A DNA stretch of 51,211 nt, filler included, from an uncultured virus (IMG/VR IMGVR_UViG_2061766007_002667) (Duplodnaviria; Heunggongvirae; Uroviricota; Caudoviricetes). It is 4 parts of one record of this genome, joined end to end, with 100 filler letters (N's around TTAATTAATTAA, not from the genome) between each part and the next. Parts side by side here need not be neighbours in the genome. Positions count along the whole stretch, not along the records: positions 12,536 to 28,727 come from IMGVR_UViG_2061766007_002667; positions 28,828 to 51,211 come from IMGVR_UViG_2061766007_002667; 2 more parts are not named here. The stretch is one strand, 5' to 3'. Shown one piece after another: positions 21,892 to 32,722 of this stretch. Under the pieces are notes generated by a model. That model did no database searches. It was not told where the DNA came from and saw only the letters and a program-made list of their open reading frames with translations. A program made the translations under genes and the position numbers. Position 1 is the first letter of the stretch; each line of letters begins with the position of its first letter.

Positions 21892-22509
21892 ATGGATAGT
21901 ATTGAACAAATGATGGAACCAGAACTTAAAGAAATATATAATGAAGTTAAAAAAGAATTAAGTTCAAAATGGTTAAAAGATCAAAAAATAATGCCATTAA
22001 CAAGTATTTCTAAAGAAATTGTAGAAGGTTTTTGTACAGACTTTAATTTAACTCCTCCTGAAAATTTTAAAAAAGAAATGACTACTGTTTTTTCTATGGC
22101 TAAATTTATTCAACTAAATAATCAAAACAATGAAATTCAAGATAGAGTTAAAAATGAGTTAGCTACATTAATAAATGATGAAACAATTAGTTGGATTTTA
22201 TGTAGAGATTTTACAAATACTATTATTTTTACAAAAGAGTTAGAAATAAACAGTGAAGAAAAACCACAAAATCTTTTAGTAAAATACAGATTAGATAATG
22301 AAAACGACCGTATCATTTATAGTTTACATGGAACTTGGGGGTGGGATATTTCAAAAGATGAATTAAAAGCTTTACTTCTTCATAAAAAAGAAATAAATAA
22401 TAATTATTCAACACCTACAAAAAAATCTAAAGAATTTAATCTTATACCAGAAACAAATGGAATAACTGTAAATGTTGATGATATTGTAATTATAGTTAAA
22501 AGGCAATAA
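21892..22509 (+). CDS. Hypothetical protein
   Basis: GGAG RBS then ATG 21892 (MDSIEQMM); intact to stop. Confidence 0.65.
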   Translation: MDSIEQMMEPELKEIYNEVKKELSSKWLKDQKIMPLTSISKEIVEGFCTDFNLTPPENFKKEMTTVFSMAKFIQLNNQNNEIQDRVKNELATLINDETISWILCRDFTNTIIFTKELEINSEEKPQNLLVKYRLDNENDRIIYSLHGTWGWDISKDELKALLLHKKEINNNYSTPTKKSKEFNLIPETNGITVNVDDIVIIVKRQ

Positions 22510-22529
22510 TTTTTTTTGGAGTATTTATA

Positions 22530-22940
22530 ATGGCTTTTGTAAAAATTAAAATGAATACTTGGCAAAAAAGATCAATACGAGCAGTAAAATTTAAACGTAA
22601 TATTGCTGCACGCGAAGGTTATATTGATTATTCAGAAAAAGACAAAAAATTTATATTAAAAGAAACAAGTTTTAAATGTAAACCTTGGGATACAAGCGTT
22701 TCAAGAAAAACTGATATATCATATATTCAAGATAAAAAAGATACTTATTCTGGTTTGTGTTTTAAAAATAGAAAAGATGCTGAAACTTTTATGAATTTAC
22801 ATAAAGAAGACATGGATAAATTAGCTGCACAAAACCCATTATTTACTCATTGGTCAATTATGAACATTATTGAAAAATTTACTCCAAAAAAGGTTTTACT
22901 TTACGGAAGGGATATTATAGAAAATAATAAAAATAATTAA
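22530..22940 (+). CDS. Hypothetical basic protein
   Basis: Intact ORF, GGAG RBS. Confidence 0.7.
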   Translation: MAFVKIKMNTWQKRSIRAVKFKRNIAAREGYIDYSEKDKKFILKETSFKCKPWDTSVSRKTDISYIQDKKDTYSGLCFKNRKDAETFMNLHKEDMDKLAAQNPLFTHWSIMNIIEKFTPKKVLLYGRDIIENNKNN

Positions 22941-22955
22941 TAAGGAGATTTAATA

Positions 22956-23337
22956 ATGGTAAGAATAGTAGGATATAAACAATCACAAAATTATTATAAT
23001 ATATCTCCAACCATATCAGATAAAATTTATGATTTATCAAATATTTTTGAAACACGTTGTGATCCTACTAAAACAGCCAAAACAGTTCAAGATTTATTAC
23101 AAAAACCTATTAAATATTGTTTTACTTTAAATACTAAACAAAAAAGTGCAGCAACAGCTTTTAAACATTGCTGTTACTATGATAATTTAATTGATGCCAA
23201 AAATGCGCACAGAATATTTAAATTAAAGTTATATGATCAGGAAACCGCACCTTATCTTAAAAAAATTTCTAATAAAAGAAAATTAACATTAGAAGATAAG
23301 GATAAAATTTTAGGAATTTTTGATCATATGGATAGTT
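22956..23337 (+). CDS. Hypothetical protein (end in gap)
   Basis: AGGAG RBS. Confidence 0.65.
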
Positions 23338-23417
23338 NNNNNNNNNNNNNNNNNNNNNNNNNNNNNNNNNNNNNNNNNNNNNNNNNNNNNNNNNNNNNNN
23401 NNNNNNNNNNNNNNNNC

Positions 23418-23636
23418 TAAATCTTTTTTATAATTTTTATTCTTTTTACGAGTAATATGCCCTTTTTTGACAGCTTCAGAGTTACCTTTGATTCCTTTAT
23501 ACATGTCACTTCTTAAAAAAATTTCATCTTCTGATTTTTCATGTTGATATTTAGATTTAAGATATGCACCATAATTTTTAAATTCTGGATGCTGTAATAA
23601 TTCAATAGCATAATCTAAAACGTCATCTAATCTCAT
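23418..23636 (-). CDS. Hypothetical protein (end in gap)
   Basis: ATGA overlap with the upstream nuclease gene. Confidence 0.5.
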
Positions 23637-24100
23637 ATTAATTCTTTTCCTTGTATGTAGATTTTTTGTGCAAATCTATTTTTTTTATAATCTGATTCCC
23701 AAGTATAAATTACTCTAAAACCTAAAGAACAAAAAAGATTAAATCTAGCTTTTGTTGCTTCATATAATTGTCTATATGTAGTTTTTGTTAATGGGTTTAA
23801 TGTATCAAATATTTTAGCATATTTAATAGGATTGGCATGATAAAAATCACCTAAAAATTCATAAATTGTACGAGTATTTTGGTTATAACCATCTACAATA
23901 TATACTTTTCCATTAAAACCATATATAACTTTGCTTCTTTCTGGTACTTGTAAATTTGTTAACCAAATTTCTTCACTTTTTGATAAACCATGTTTAATAT
24001 TTGTATTACCAACTTTCACAAATCCAATAGACGGTTTTTTTGGCATAAAAAACCGCATTTTTCTAACTCGTGATAATTTATTAAAGTTACTTTTTCGCAT
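23633..24100 (-). CDS. Vsr/DUF559-like PD-(D/E)XK endonuclease
   Basis: SKSEEIWL, IVDGY, IYEFLGDFYHANP, GFRVIYTWE; paralogous to the C-terminus of 49115-49945. Start reassigned to MRKSNF. Confidence 0.75.
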   Translation of the reverse strand: MRKSNFNKLSRVRKMRFFMPKKPSIGFVKVGNTNIKHGLSKSEEIWLTNLQVPERSKVIYGFNGKVYIVDGYNQNTRTIYEFLGDFYHANPIKYAKIFDTLNPLTKTTYRQLYEATKARFNLFCSLGFRVIYTWESDYKKNRFAQKIYIQGKELI

Positions 24101-24227
24101 ATTTGATAGAACTAAAAAAAATGGTTTTACTTTATATAAAAATAGTAGTTCTATTATAATGTAAATGCTCAAAAAGAGGTTTACAAAAAATAATTTATTG
24201 CTAAACATTTAATTAGGATAAAATAAA

Positions 24228-24719
24228 ATGAGAAATTCTTTAATGCCAGTTATGCGTGGCTCTTTATCGCATATGATTGATTCACAGTTTAATTCTTTAA
24301 TTGATGAATTTTTTAATAACTCTTTCCCAACAACTTTAATTAAACAAGATTCTTATCCAAAATACAATATTAAGCGCCTTTATGCTGAAAAAGGCGATCC
24401 TAATATATATGATAACGGTTTTGTTATTGAAATGGCTTTGGCCGGTTGGGATAAAGAAGATTTAGAAATTTATACAGAAGAAGGTACATTGCATATTGCT
24501 AGTAAAGTTCAAGAATCTGAAGATAATCAAAAACAAAATATTTCAGAAGATTATTACTATAAAGGTATTTCGATGCGTAGTTTTTCTTGGTGTATGAATC
24601 TTCCTAAGTATGCTGTAATCAAAGACACTACTTTTAAAAATGGTTTACTTTCAATTACTGTTAAAGTAGAAGTTCCAGAAGAACAAAAACGAAAAACTTA
24701 TGAAATTTCTGATAAATAA
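24228..24719 (+). CDS. Small heat-shock protein Hsp20 (IbpA-like)
   Basis: SYPKYNI, IEMALAGW..EDLEI, YKGISMRSF, FKNGLLSI, C-terminal YEI. Confidence 0.93.
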   Translation: MRNSLMPVMRGSLSHMIDSQFNSLIDEFFNNSFPTTLIKQDSYPKYNIKRLYAEKGDPNIYDNGFVIEMALAGWDKEDLEIYTEEGTLHIASKVQESEDNQKQNISEDYYYKGISMRSFSWCMNLPKYAVIKDTTFKNGLLSITVKVEVPEEQKRKTYEISDK

Positions 24720-24734
24720 ACTTAAATAAAATTG

Positions 24735-24765
24735 GCGCCCTATTGTTAATAATAAGGCGCTTTTT
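24735..24765 (+). terminator. Rho-independent terminator after hsp20
   Basis: GCGCCCTATT/AATAAGGCGC stem followed by TTTTT. Confidence 0.75.
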
Positions 24766-24767
24766 GT

Positions 24768-24796
24768 TTTACTTTTATACAAAATTTACTTATATT
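24768..24796 (+). promoter_or_regulatory. Sigma70-like promoter TTTACT-N17-TATATT
   Basis: Immediately after the terminator and upstream of ATG 24828. Confidence 0.5.
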
Positions 24797-24827
24797 TTAT
24801 TTAAATTTTAAAAGATGAAAGGTTAAT

Positions 24828-25301
24828 ATGATACTTTTATTATATAGTATTATAACGATGTGTATTTTNNNNNNNNNNNNNNNNNNNNNNNNNNNNNNNN
24901 NNNNNNNNNNNNNNNNNNNNNNNNNNNNNNNNNNNNNNNNNNNNNNNNNNNNNNNNNNNNNAAAATTACCATTACATATTTTAACAGAAAAAGATGCTAT
25001 GTATTTTTTAGATTTTAGTTATTATATTTCTAACAATATTTGTAACATTAAAAAAGCTCTTGAACAATTATCACATGATGAAGTTTTAGATATTAAATTA
25101 CGTATTGCTAGTCTTAATTTAGAATATACTAGGTACAAAGCGGCTTTTTATGATAAGCTTACAGTATTTATTGCATATTGTCATGAAAGATTATCTAAAG
25201 ATACAATTAAGCTTATTAAAGATTGGATGGAAAAAGATCTAAACGAAAGTAGAGATATGAGTTTTTTATATTTAGAATTTGCAGAGTATTTAGGAGAATA
25301 A
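24828..25301 (+). CDS. Hypothetical protein with hydrophobic N-terminus
   Basis: ORF spanning a gap; coupled to the AAA ATPase gene. Confidence 0.5.
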   Translation: MILLLYSIITMCIXXXXXXXXXXXXXXXXXXXXXXXXXXXXXXXXKLPLHILTEKDAMYFLDFSYYISNNICNIKKALEQLSHDEVLDIKLRIASLNLEYTRYKAAFYDKLTVFIAYCHERLSKDTIKLIKDWMEKDLNESRDMSFLYLEFAEYLGE

Positions 25302-25302
25302 A

Positions 25303-26200
25303 ATGCAATTTGATCCAAATGATTATTTTAAAAATTTAAAAGGTGATGGTAATATGTGGTTTACAATTACATCAAGTGGAAATAATATAGATCCATCTAT
25401 AATTAATTGTTTACCACCTGAAATTCAGCAAGCTTTAATGCAAGATATCGGTGGAAATACACCACTCAAAAAAGAAGAAAATGAAATTAAAGAAGAAGTT
25501 AAAAAAATTAATTTTGATTTTAAAATGGTAAATTGTAATACTGATTTAAAAGAACTTACTAAAAAACTTAAAAAATCTAAAATTAAAAACTATGGTATGC
25601 TTTTATATGGAGAATCGGGAGCCGGTAAATCATATTATGCGCAATACTTAGCACAAGAACTTAAAATGCCATTTATTAAAAAACGCGCTTCTGACATTAA
25701 AGGGAAATGGGTAGGTGAAACAGAACAAAATATTAAAAATGCATTTTTAGAAGCTAAAAAACAAAATGCTATTTTGCTTTTAGATGAAGCTGATTCTTTT
25801 CTTATGGATAGAAAATATGCAGATANNNNNNNNNNNNNNNNNNNNTGAATTACTTACTCAAATGGAAGATCACCCTTTACCTTTTATTATGACCACTAAT
25901 TTAAAAGATAAAATTGATAATGCTAGTATGCGTAGATTTATTTTTAAAATTAAATATGAGTACATGACAAAAGATAATATTAAAGCTGGTATTAAGACAT
26001 ATTTTGGTAAGCAATATAAATTAAATGATGAACAATTAGATCAGTTAACACATCTTTGTTCTGGTGATTTTAAAGTTGCACAAAGAAAACTTGAAATACT
26101 GGAAGATAATAAACCAACTAATAATCTAATTTTTCAATATCTATTAACAGAACAGAATGAAAAAAATATTAAAAAAGGTAGTAATAAAATTAATTTTTAA
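25303..26200 (+). CDS. AAA+ ATPase (one gene split by a gap)
   Basis: LYGESGAGKS, KWVGETEQNI, LLDEADS, then ELLTQME, TTN, IDNASMRRF after the gap at 25825-25845. Confidence 0.9.
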
Positions 26201-26216
26201 AATGAAAGAATAACTA

Positions 26217-27501
26217 ATGTCAGATATACAATTATCAAAAGAACAACTTAATGCTTTTGAAATCTTACAAACTACTAAGAAAAATGTTTTTATTCAAGGT
26301 CAAGCGGGAAGTGGAAAAAGTACATTTATACATTACTTAAAAGATCATTTAAATAAAGAAATGGTTTTGTGTTCTCCTACTGCTGTTGCTGCTATGAATA
26401 TCGGTGGTATGACATTACATTCTTTTTTTAAACTTCCAATTGCTGATTATATTACTGATGATATTCTCTTTAAAAGAAATAGAAAAAGTATTAAAGAAAT
26501 TGTACAATCTATGGAAGTGCTTGTTATTGATGAAGTTTCTATGGTTCGACCTGATATATTAGATGCAATAGATAAACTTACTAAAATAATGCGTAAATCA
26601 TATAAACCGTTTGGCGGTATTCAAGTAGNNNNNNNNNNNNNNCCACCTGTTATTACATCTAACACTTATGATATATTTAAAGAAAAATATGGTACAAAAG
26701 ACGTTTATTTCTTTGATTCACCCTCATATCAAGACGGTAAATTTACAAAAATTATCTTTAACAAAATTTATAGACAAGAAAATACTGATTTAATTGATAA
26801 TTTAAACAACTTACGTGAAAATAAAAATTTAAGTGCTTCTTTAAACTACTTCAATTCTTGTAAAATTGAAGATAAAGATGTACTAAAAAATGCCATGACT
26901 ATTACACCATATAGAGTTAAAGCCGATGAATTAAATGAAGAAAAATTAAAAGCACTTAAAGGAAAAGCTAAAACTTATAAAGCTATAATGGACGGATCTT
27001 TTAAAACAGCTACCCAATACCCAGCACCTAAAGAATTATCACTCAAAAAAGGTGCCTTAGTAATGTTTAATAAGAATAACCTCCCTGAGTGGCTTAATGG
27101 TTCAACTGGTATTGTAGAAGATTTAAAAAACGATGTTATACTAGTAAAATTAATTTCTAATAATGAAACTGTCATTGTTACAAGAGAAGAATGGGAAAAT
27201 AAAGAATACAAAATCCAGACAATTAAAAATGAAAATAACGAAGAAGAAAAAGTCATTGAAGAAGAAACTACTGGTACTTTTCACCAATTTCCACTTCAAC
27301 TCGGCTGGGCANNNNNNNNNNNNNNNNNNNNNNNNNNNNNNNNNNNNNNNNNNNNNNNNNNNNNNNNNNNNNNCACATGGTCAACTCTACGTCGCTCTAA
27401 GCCGCACTAGAAATAAGGAAGACATGCACATTTGCGGTACCATAAAAAAATATGATTCTATTATTAGTCCAAGAGTTGTGGAATTTATGAATAAAGTATA
27501 A
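26217..27501 (+). CDS. PIF1/RecD-like SF1B helicase (one gene split by a gap)
   Basis: GQAGSGKS, PTAVAA, IDEVSM, PFGGIQ, YRQ, QFPLQLGWA, then HGQLYVALSR. Confidence 0.92.
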
Positions 27502-27504
27502 AAT

Positions 27505-27538
27505 AAAAGGGTAATTAAAATGATAATTACCCTTTTTT
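27505..27538. terminator. Bidirectional terminator between convergent genes
   Basis: AAAAGGGTAATTA...TAATTACCCTTTTTT inverted repeat. Confidence 0.8.
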
Positions 27539-27552
27539 AATATTTAATTTAA

Positions 27553-27864
27553 TTATTTTAGAGTATTAAAATCAGTATTATCAACAATAAGCTTTGCACC
27601 ATTTGTAAGACTTATCAAATAATAATCTTCTCTATAGCCTTCTAATTTAACAGCTTTTATAACATGATCTTTATTTACATATATATTAGATAAATTATCT
27701 TTAATTGTATATTGAGGAACATTATATTCATGATTTACTAATATAGATTCACATTCAGGACATTTATCTAAAATACCTTCAGCTATGTGACCACACGATG
27801 AGCACACAGTTTGATTAATATATGCTGTATCAAATTCACATTTTTTAACTTCAATTAAACTCAT
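27553..27864 (-). CDS. Small zinc-ribbon protein
   Basis: CSSCG...CPEC; start reassigned to MSLIEVKK (AGGA RBS). Confidence 0.6.
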   Translation of the reverse strand: MSLIEVKKCEFDTAYINQTVCSSCGHIAEGILDKCPECESILVNHEYNVPQYTIKDNLSNIYVNKDHVIKAVKLEGYREDYYLISLTNGAKLIVDNTDFNTLK

Positions 27865-27883
27865 TTTATAAATCCTATTTTCA

Positions 27884-28708
27884 TTATATAAATTTAGTGT
27901 GTGCATCAACTTGTGAATTGTCTGTAATTTCAACTACCATATCATCAGTTACTTTTACTTTAACTTCTGTTTGTGCATTGTCAATAAAGAAAAAACTAAT
28001 GTGGTAATTTGGATTATATAAGCATTCTCCATCAAATGTAAACCCTTTAATCACACACCCTTTACGAAGAGTTTTAACATAAGCTTTTTTACCAACATAA
28101 TTCACTTCTTTTACATTAAATTCAGGATACTCTTGTGCGAATCTATTATATATGTCTGGTAAATAACTTTTTAACTGGTACAAAAACTCCGGAACTGCTT
28201 CTTGTTGATAACTCTTGATAACACCACTCATCATAGCACGTGGTTCGAATGTACAAACGTGATGTATAAAATCATTTGTAAAATCTTCTTCTTTAACATA
28301 TATCCAACCACCTGAAGTAAAAGAAGGATCTGTTAAACAATTGTTTTCTTCACTGTAACCAACATAACTAAGCTTCATTCCAACATAACTATTAGTTTTA
28401 AACAGTTTCTGATCTTCTGGGGCTTTTACTTTCTCATATGTATCAGTTTCTTTATGCACACGCTGAAATGTACTGAAAGATTTTGCTCTTCTTGTTGGAC
28501 CACTAATTGTTTTTACTTTACCAAATTTACAATTGTCCCAAGAAAAAAGATTAAAACCTCTACATACACATCTTCCTTTCGCATATAATTCACATTTATC
28601 ATAAGCTGAACATATAATCTGAGTTGCTTCTGATGATTCTTTCTTTTTATTAAACATAGAAGTACCATCATAAAATCTTGTATTTATAACCTTCTCTTGT
28701 TCCGACAT
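27884..28708 (-). CDS. Hypothetical Cys-containing protein
   Basis: Intact 274-aa ORF, GGAGG RBS. Confidence 0.75.
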   Translation of the reverse strand: MSEQEKVINTRFYDGTSMFNKKKESSEATQIICSAYDKCELYAKGRCVCRGFNLFSWDNCKFGKVKTISGPTRRAKSFSTFQRVHKETDTYEKVKAPEDQKLFKTNSYVGMKLSYVGYSEENNCLTDPSFTSGGWIYVKEEDFTNDFIHHVCTFEPRAMMSGVIKSYQQEAVPEFLYQLKSYLPDIYNRFAQEYPEFNVKEVNYVGKKAYVKTLRKGCVIKGFTFDGECLYNPNYHISFFFIDNAQTEVKVKVTDDMVVEITDNSQVDAHTKFI

Positions 28709-28727
28709 TCCCTACCTCCATATATTA

Positions 28728-28827
28728 NNNNNNNNNNNNNNNNNNNNNNNNNNNNNNNNNNNNNNNNNNNNTTAATTAATTAANNNNNNNNNNNNNNNNN
28801 NNNNNNNNNNNNNNNNNNNNNNNNNNN
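28728..28827. other. Artificial scaffold-joining linker
   Basis: 44 N + TTAATTAATTAA + 44 N. Confidence 0.95.
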
Positions 28828-30929
28828 TTTGGAAAATCTTTTTCTCTCCTAGTCTTATTCCATTGTTCCACCAAAGTAAAGAACCCAACCACGCGAGTCA
28901 TATGTTGTACTTTTTTAGAATGGCAATGCGGGCATTCTTCCCAATTAGCCTTTTCTACTGTTCCACATTCTGTACATCTACTTATAACTCTATTTAATGC
29001 AAAATGTTCGCAATTAGATTCTACAGCTTTCATTATAATGGCTTTGGCCTGTGTTGGTGTTACATCAGAACCTATTGTCAAATGTGAAATAACTCCACCA
29101 GAAAGATAACGCTCATATTTACCTTCAATTCTCATTTTTTCAGCTATTGTTACATCATTCCAAAGAGGTACAAATTGATTAGCGTATAATTCTGGAAAAT
29201 TATATGGATTACCATATAATAAATTATCAGCTTTAAATAATTTTGGTGCACATGATTCGCCTGGGATCTCTTCTCGNNNNNNNNNNNNAGCTTCTATAGT
29301 ATACTCTTTAAACGCTTCGAGTATATCTAACATATAATCAAACTCATGATTTCCAAATTTATCTTTGCATATAATATCAGCTTCATATATTCCAAGCATA
29401 CCAAATGTACTAAACATCCTTCCCAAATCTATAAAACCAAGTTTAACAAATGGCTCTAATCCCATATCAGTTAACTTATACAAAAGAACTTTGTGAGCTT
29501 TTAATACTTTTGAAGCATCATCAACACGTGCTTTTAATAACTGTTTATATTCATCATAAGTATTTGCTTGATAAGCTATTCTTGCAAAATTAATTGTTAC
29601 AACTCGATGAGAACCCAGAGAAGCTCCCCCAGAACCACCAAACGAATTCATTGTAGAACCAAGCTGATCCATCATTTCTTTATCATTGATCATTCTACAA
29701 CAGGAAGCGATGCGTTCTCCGGTGGAAGTGAACAAGTTATATTTAGATATATCTTTTTTAACTATATATTCAAGCAATTCGTTGTTTTCATCTACATATA
29801 AAGTTCCATTTTCATCTTTGTGTTTAGATATATTTACTGTTACAACAGGAAAACGATAATTTATTCCGTTTTGACTCGGATCTCCTTTATCAAATAGATC
29901 AACAAAAACTTTTTGAACTTCAAAAATATAATTCACAATAAATTTTTCAAATGCCTCTTTTGAAATTTTGCCATTATCATCGCCTAATTCATTATCTGCT
30001 AATACTTTGATATTTTTTGGAAAATACCAACCGTAATTTTCATCACTAATAAAATGTGAGATTTTTTCTTTATCAAAAATAGATACATTTGTAAATGGAC
30101 TTTCTATACCATTTCTAGATAAGCTATTACAACTATGAATGAATTGCTGAAATTCATTTTCTAATTGTTTACGAAAAGCTGCATTATGTATTAATTTGTC
30201 ATAAGGAACTCTTTGCTTATATATAAGCAAATGACTTACGTCCATAAAGAAGGTTCCCAAACTTACTGCACCAGCAAGATGACTAGACATTTGATGTATA
30301 GTTTCACAAAGAGCTGCAACATAAGAACTAACTCGTTTGGCTGGTTTTGATGGCAATTGACCAAATTGCCTACCTAACATTACTATTTTAGAAGCATCAA
30401 ATGCCCAACAATATGGAATTAAGCAATTAGTACTATCCCCTAAAGCCAAAGCATAACTATACATTTCTCCCGTTATACGTTCAGCTTCATCTTTTCCATA
30501 TAATTCTTTCATTGTACGAAACAAATAATCATATCCAATTAATTTATCAAATGGTAATTCTAATTCTTTTAACGTTCCTTTTATTGATACCGAATCTTTG
30601 TTAGCATTATCATCGATACTAATATCATTTAGTTGAGTCGACATGTATTTAGCAAATTGTCCCATTGGATCAAATCTGTCATCCGATAATCCATGTAAAG
30701 CTAGCATAGCATTTACTTTTTCTGTTAACTCATCTTTATCAACTATGCCATATTCTTTTCTAAATGTTTTTACTAGTGCTCTTTTGATATGCTTCAATGT
30801 ATTAGTTGTAGAAGCATTGGCAAAAGATTCAGCCGTTAATTTAGCTAATTCTTCATCATATGTATTATCTACAATCGCTTCTGTTTGATAGTTCTTTGGA
30901 TAATTTACTTTAATGATATCTGGACTCAT
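28828..30929 (-). CDS. nrdD: Anaerobic (class III) ribonucleotide reductase, no obvious ATP-cone
   Basis: IPYC, SPFTNVS, ASCCR, VVTIN, IPGES, CxxC...CPHC zinc ribbon, glycyl-radical motif RVVGF; last codons lost at the linker. Confidence 0.93.
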
Positions 30930-30952
30930 GTCTTTGTATTCCTTTGTTATTG

Positions 30953-31453
30953 TTAAAATTTTAATATTCCATTTTCTGACAGCTTATTGTAGTTGCCGTC
31001 ATAAAAGTCTTGATTTGAGGAGGCTAGTACATATTCTTCATCTGTCTTTTTTGGGGTACGGTATTGGTCTTGAACAAATCTACCACATTTCCAGTATTTG
31101 ACGCCGTGAAGATTTAGATGTTTAACTGTATCTATGTCGTAACCTGTAAAAATACAAATATCATAGTCATTAGAGAGCGTATGGACTAAGTATTTGGTAA
31201 TTTCAAAGTTAGAGTCTAAAAGAGGATCACCGCCTAAAAATACTAGTTTATTAGTTTCAGCTCTTTTAGCAAAATTTATAAGTTTTTCAGCTATTTCTTC
31301 TTTAGTTTCTGCATATTTTACTATTTTTTGAAGTGTTGAACTATGGCATCCTGGACAATGATGAACACAGCCTGCAAAATAGAGTATAATAGCATTACCA
31401 TCAGGAGATGGATAGTCTAAAAAAGTTTCTTCTATTACAGTAGTATATTCCAT
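30953..31453 (-). CDS. nrdG: Class III RNR activase (radical SAM)
   Basis: GCVHHCPGCHS, LGGDPL, FTGY, SSNQ; adjacent to nrdD. Confidence 0.93.
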   Translation of the reverse strand: MEYTTVIEETFLDYPSPDGNAIILYFAGCVHHCPGCHSSTLQKIVKYAETKEEIAEKLINFAKRAETNKLVFLGGDPLLDSNFEITKYLVHTLSNDYDICIFTGYDIDTVKHLNLHGVKYWKCGRFVQDQYRTPKKTDEEYVLASSNQDFYDGNYNKLSENGILKF

Positions 31454-31627
31454 CCTTTTTTATACCATTTGATTGTTATAGTGTAAGTAAAATAAGGCTT
31501 TTTAAAGTGCCAAGTTATTTANNNNNNNNNNNNNNNNNNNNNNNNNNNNNNNNNNNNNNAAATTTTAATAAAAATATGCTCTAATTTTTTAAAAAAGAGC
31601 ATATAATTAAATTTATCAATAATTTAT

Positions 31628-32662
31628 TTATTTTGGTTTTGCACTGAAGAAAAAATGCTTTTTTATAGGTTTAACTTCTTCTTTTTTAGATTCTTGATTT
31701 TTAATAAATTTTTTTTCAAAAGGCTTTAATAAATTATCTTTTTTTGTATATTCTTTTTCTTTTTTTATTAATATAGGCTCTACTTTTATTGTTTGTTCAA
31801 TAGATTCTGGTTTGATTTCTTTAATTATAGGTTTAACTTCTTCTTTTTTTACAATTTCAAAAGTATTGAAAGCTAATTCTTTTTCTTCTTTTTTAATTTT
31901 TTTGTTTTTACGTGTATTAACGGCCAAAACAATTGCAATTTGAAGATAATCTGTACCTATAATTACAAGAAAAATAAGTATATTAAGAGCATTTTGTAAA
32001 TTATCATATGTATTACAGGTTTTTTGAGTTAATTTACATGTAGTTAAAATAACATTAGCGATTTCACTTTGATTTTTAGTTTTTGTTGCAGCTGTTTCTT
32101 CAATAGTATCTAATTTTATATCAGCTTGGTCTAAAGCTTCTTTATAAGCAACTAGAGCTTTTTTATCTAAAGCTCTTTTAGTATTATTACACCTATTTTC
32201 TGCTTCTTTATTACCACGTGCTCTAGCAATACAATTACTTAAATCGTTTTTATTCCAATCTAAAGCATTTTTATATTCATCTTCAGCAACTTTTGTAAAA
32301 TTTTCAGATCTTTGTTGCTTAGTTTGCGCGTTTTCTAACGCTGTATTATAAGAAACCGTATTAACCATAGCTTCACGCGTATTTTCTGTAACTAATGATG
32401 ATAATTTAGAAAATACACCGATACCGCTATAAATAAATAATAATGCTAATATAAAAGCTATAAAATACTTTACTTTTCTTAAGTTATGCCATTCATCTAT
32501 TACAAAATTAAAAAGTATAAAACGTCCTAAATCGATTGTAGCAAATAAAATTATGATGAACATACCTGCTGCACCAAAAAGTTCTGCTAAACCAAATGAA
32601 GTAAGGGCTGAAGAAAAAATAGCCATAATAAATGCTATCATAAGCATAAAAGCATATTTCAT
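31628..32662 (-). CDS. Multi-pass membrane protein with long coiled coil
   Basis: Three N-terminal hydrophobic helices, a coiled coil with Cys pairs, a fourth helix and a Lys/Glu-rich tail. Start likely MKYAFML because ATG 32710 overlaps the promoter motif. Confidence 0.7.
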   Translation of the reverse strand: MKYAFMLMIAFIMAIFSSALTSFGLAELFGAAGMFIIILFATIDLGRFILFNFVIDEWHNLRKVKYFIAFILALLFIYSGIGVFSKLSSLVTENTREAMVNTVSYNTALENAQTKQQRSENFTKVAEDEYKNALDWNKNDLSNCIARARGNKEAENRCNNTKRALDKKALVAYKEALDQADIKLDTIEETAATKTKNQSEIANVILTTCKLTQKTCNTYDNLQNALNILIFLVIIGTDYLQIAIVLAVNTRKNKKIKKEEKELAFNTFEIVKKEEVKPIIKEIKPESIEQTIKVEPILIKKEKEYTKKDNLLKPFEKKFIKNQESKKEEVKPIKKHFFFSAKPK

Positions 32663-32709
32663 TTTTACTATTCTCTTAAAAAATAAAAAAGTCCTAATTA
32701 GGTTACCCA

Positions 32710-32722
32710 TATTAGAACTTTT
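32710..32722 (-). promoter_or_regulatory. Candidate phage late-promoter motif AAAAGTTCTAATA (copy 3)
   Basis: Identical to copies 1 and 2. Confidence 0.5.

Noticed and set aside
25303..27501. Frameshifts or pseudogenes in the AAA ATPase and helicase (also dUTPase, ClpP, polymerase, MTase)
   Set aside because: Every frame change coincides with an N gap whose length is only an estimate. No evidence of programmed frameshifting or decay.
9978..28783. TTAATTAATTAA as a biological repeat or att site
   Set aside because: Always centred in exactly 44+44 N, so it is a synthetic linker.
29568..30888. Short antisense ORFs inside nrdD (and similar ones inside the polymerase, SPFH and glyA)
   Set aside because: Shadow frames of well-supported genes, with no RBS or recognisable motifs.
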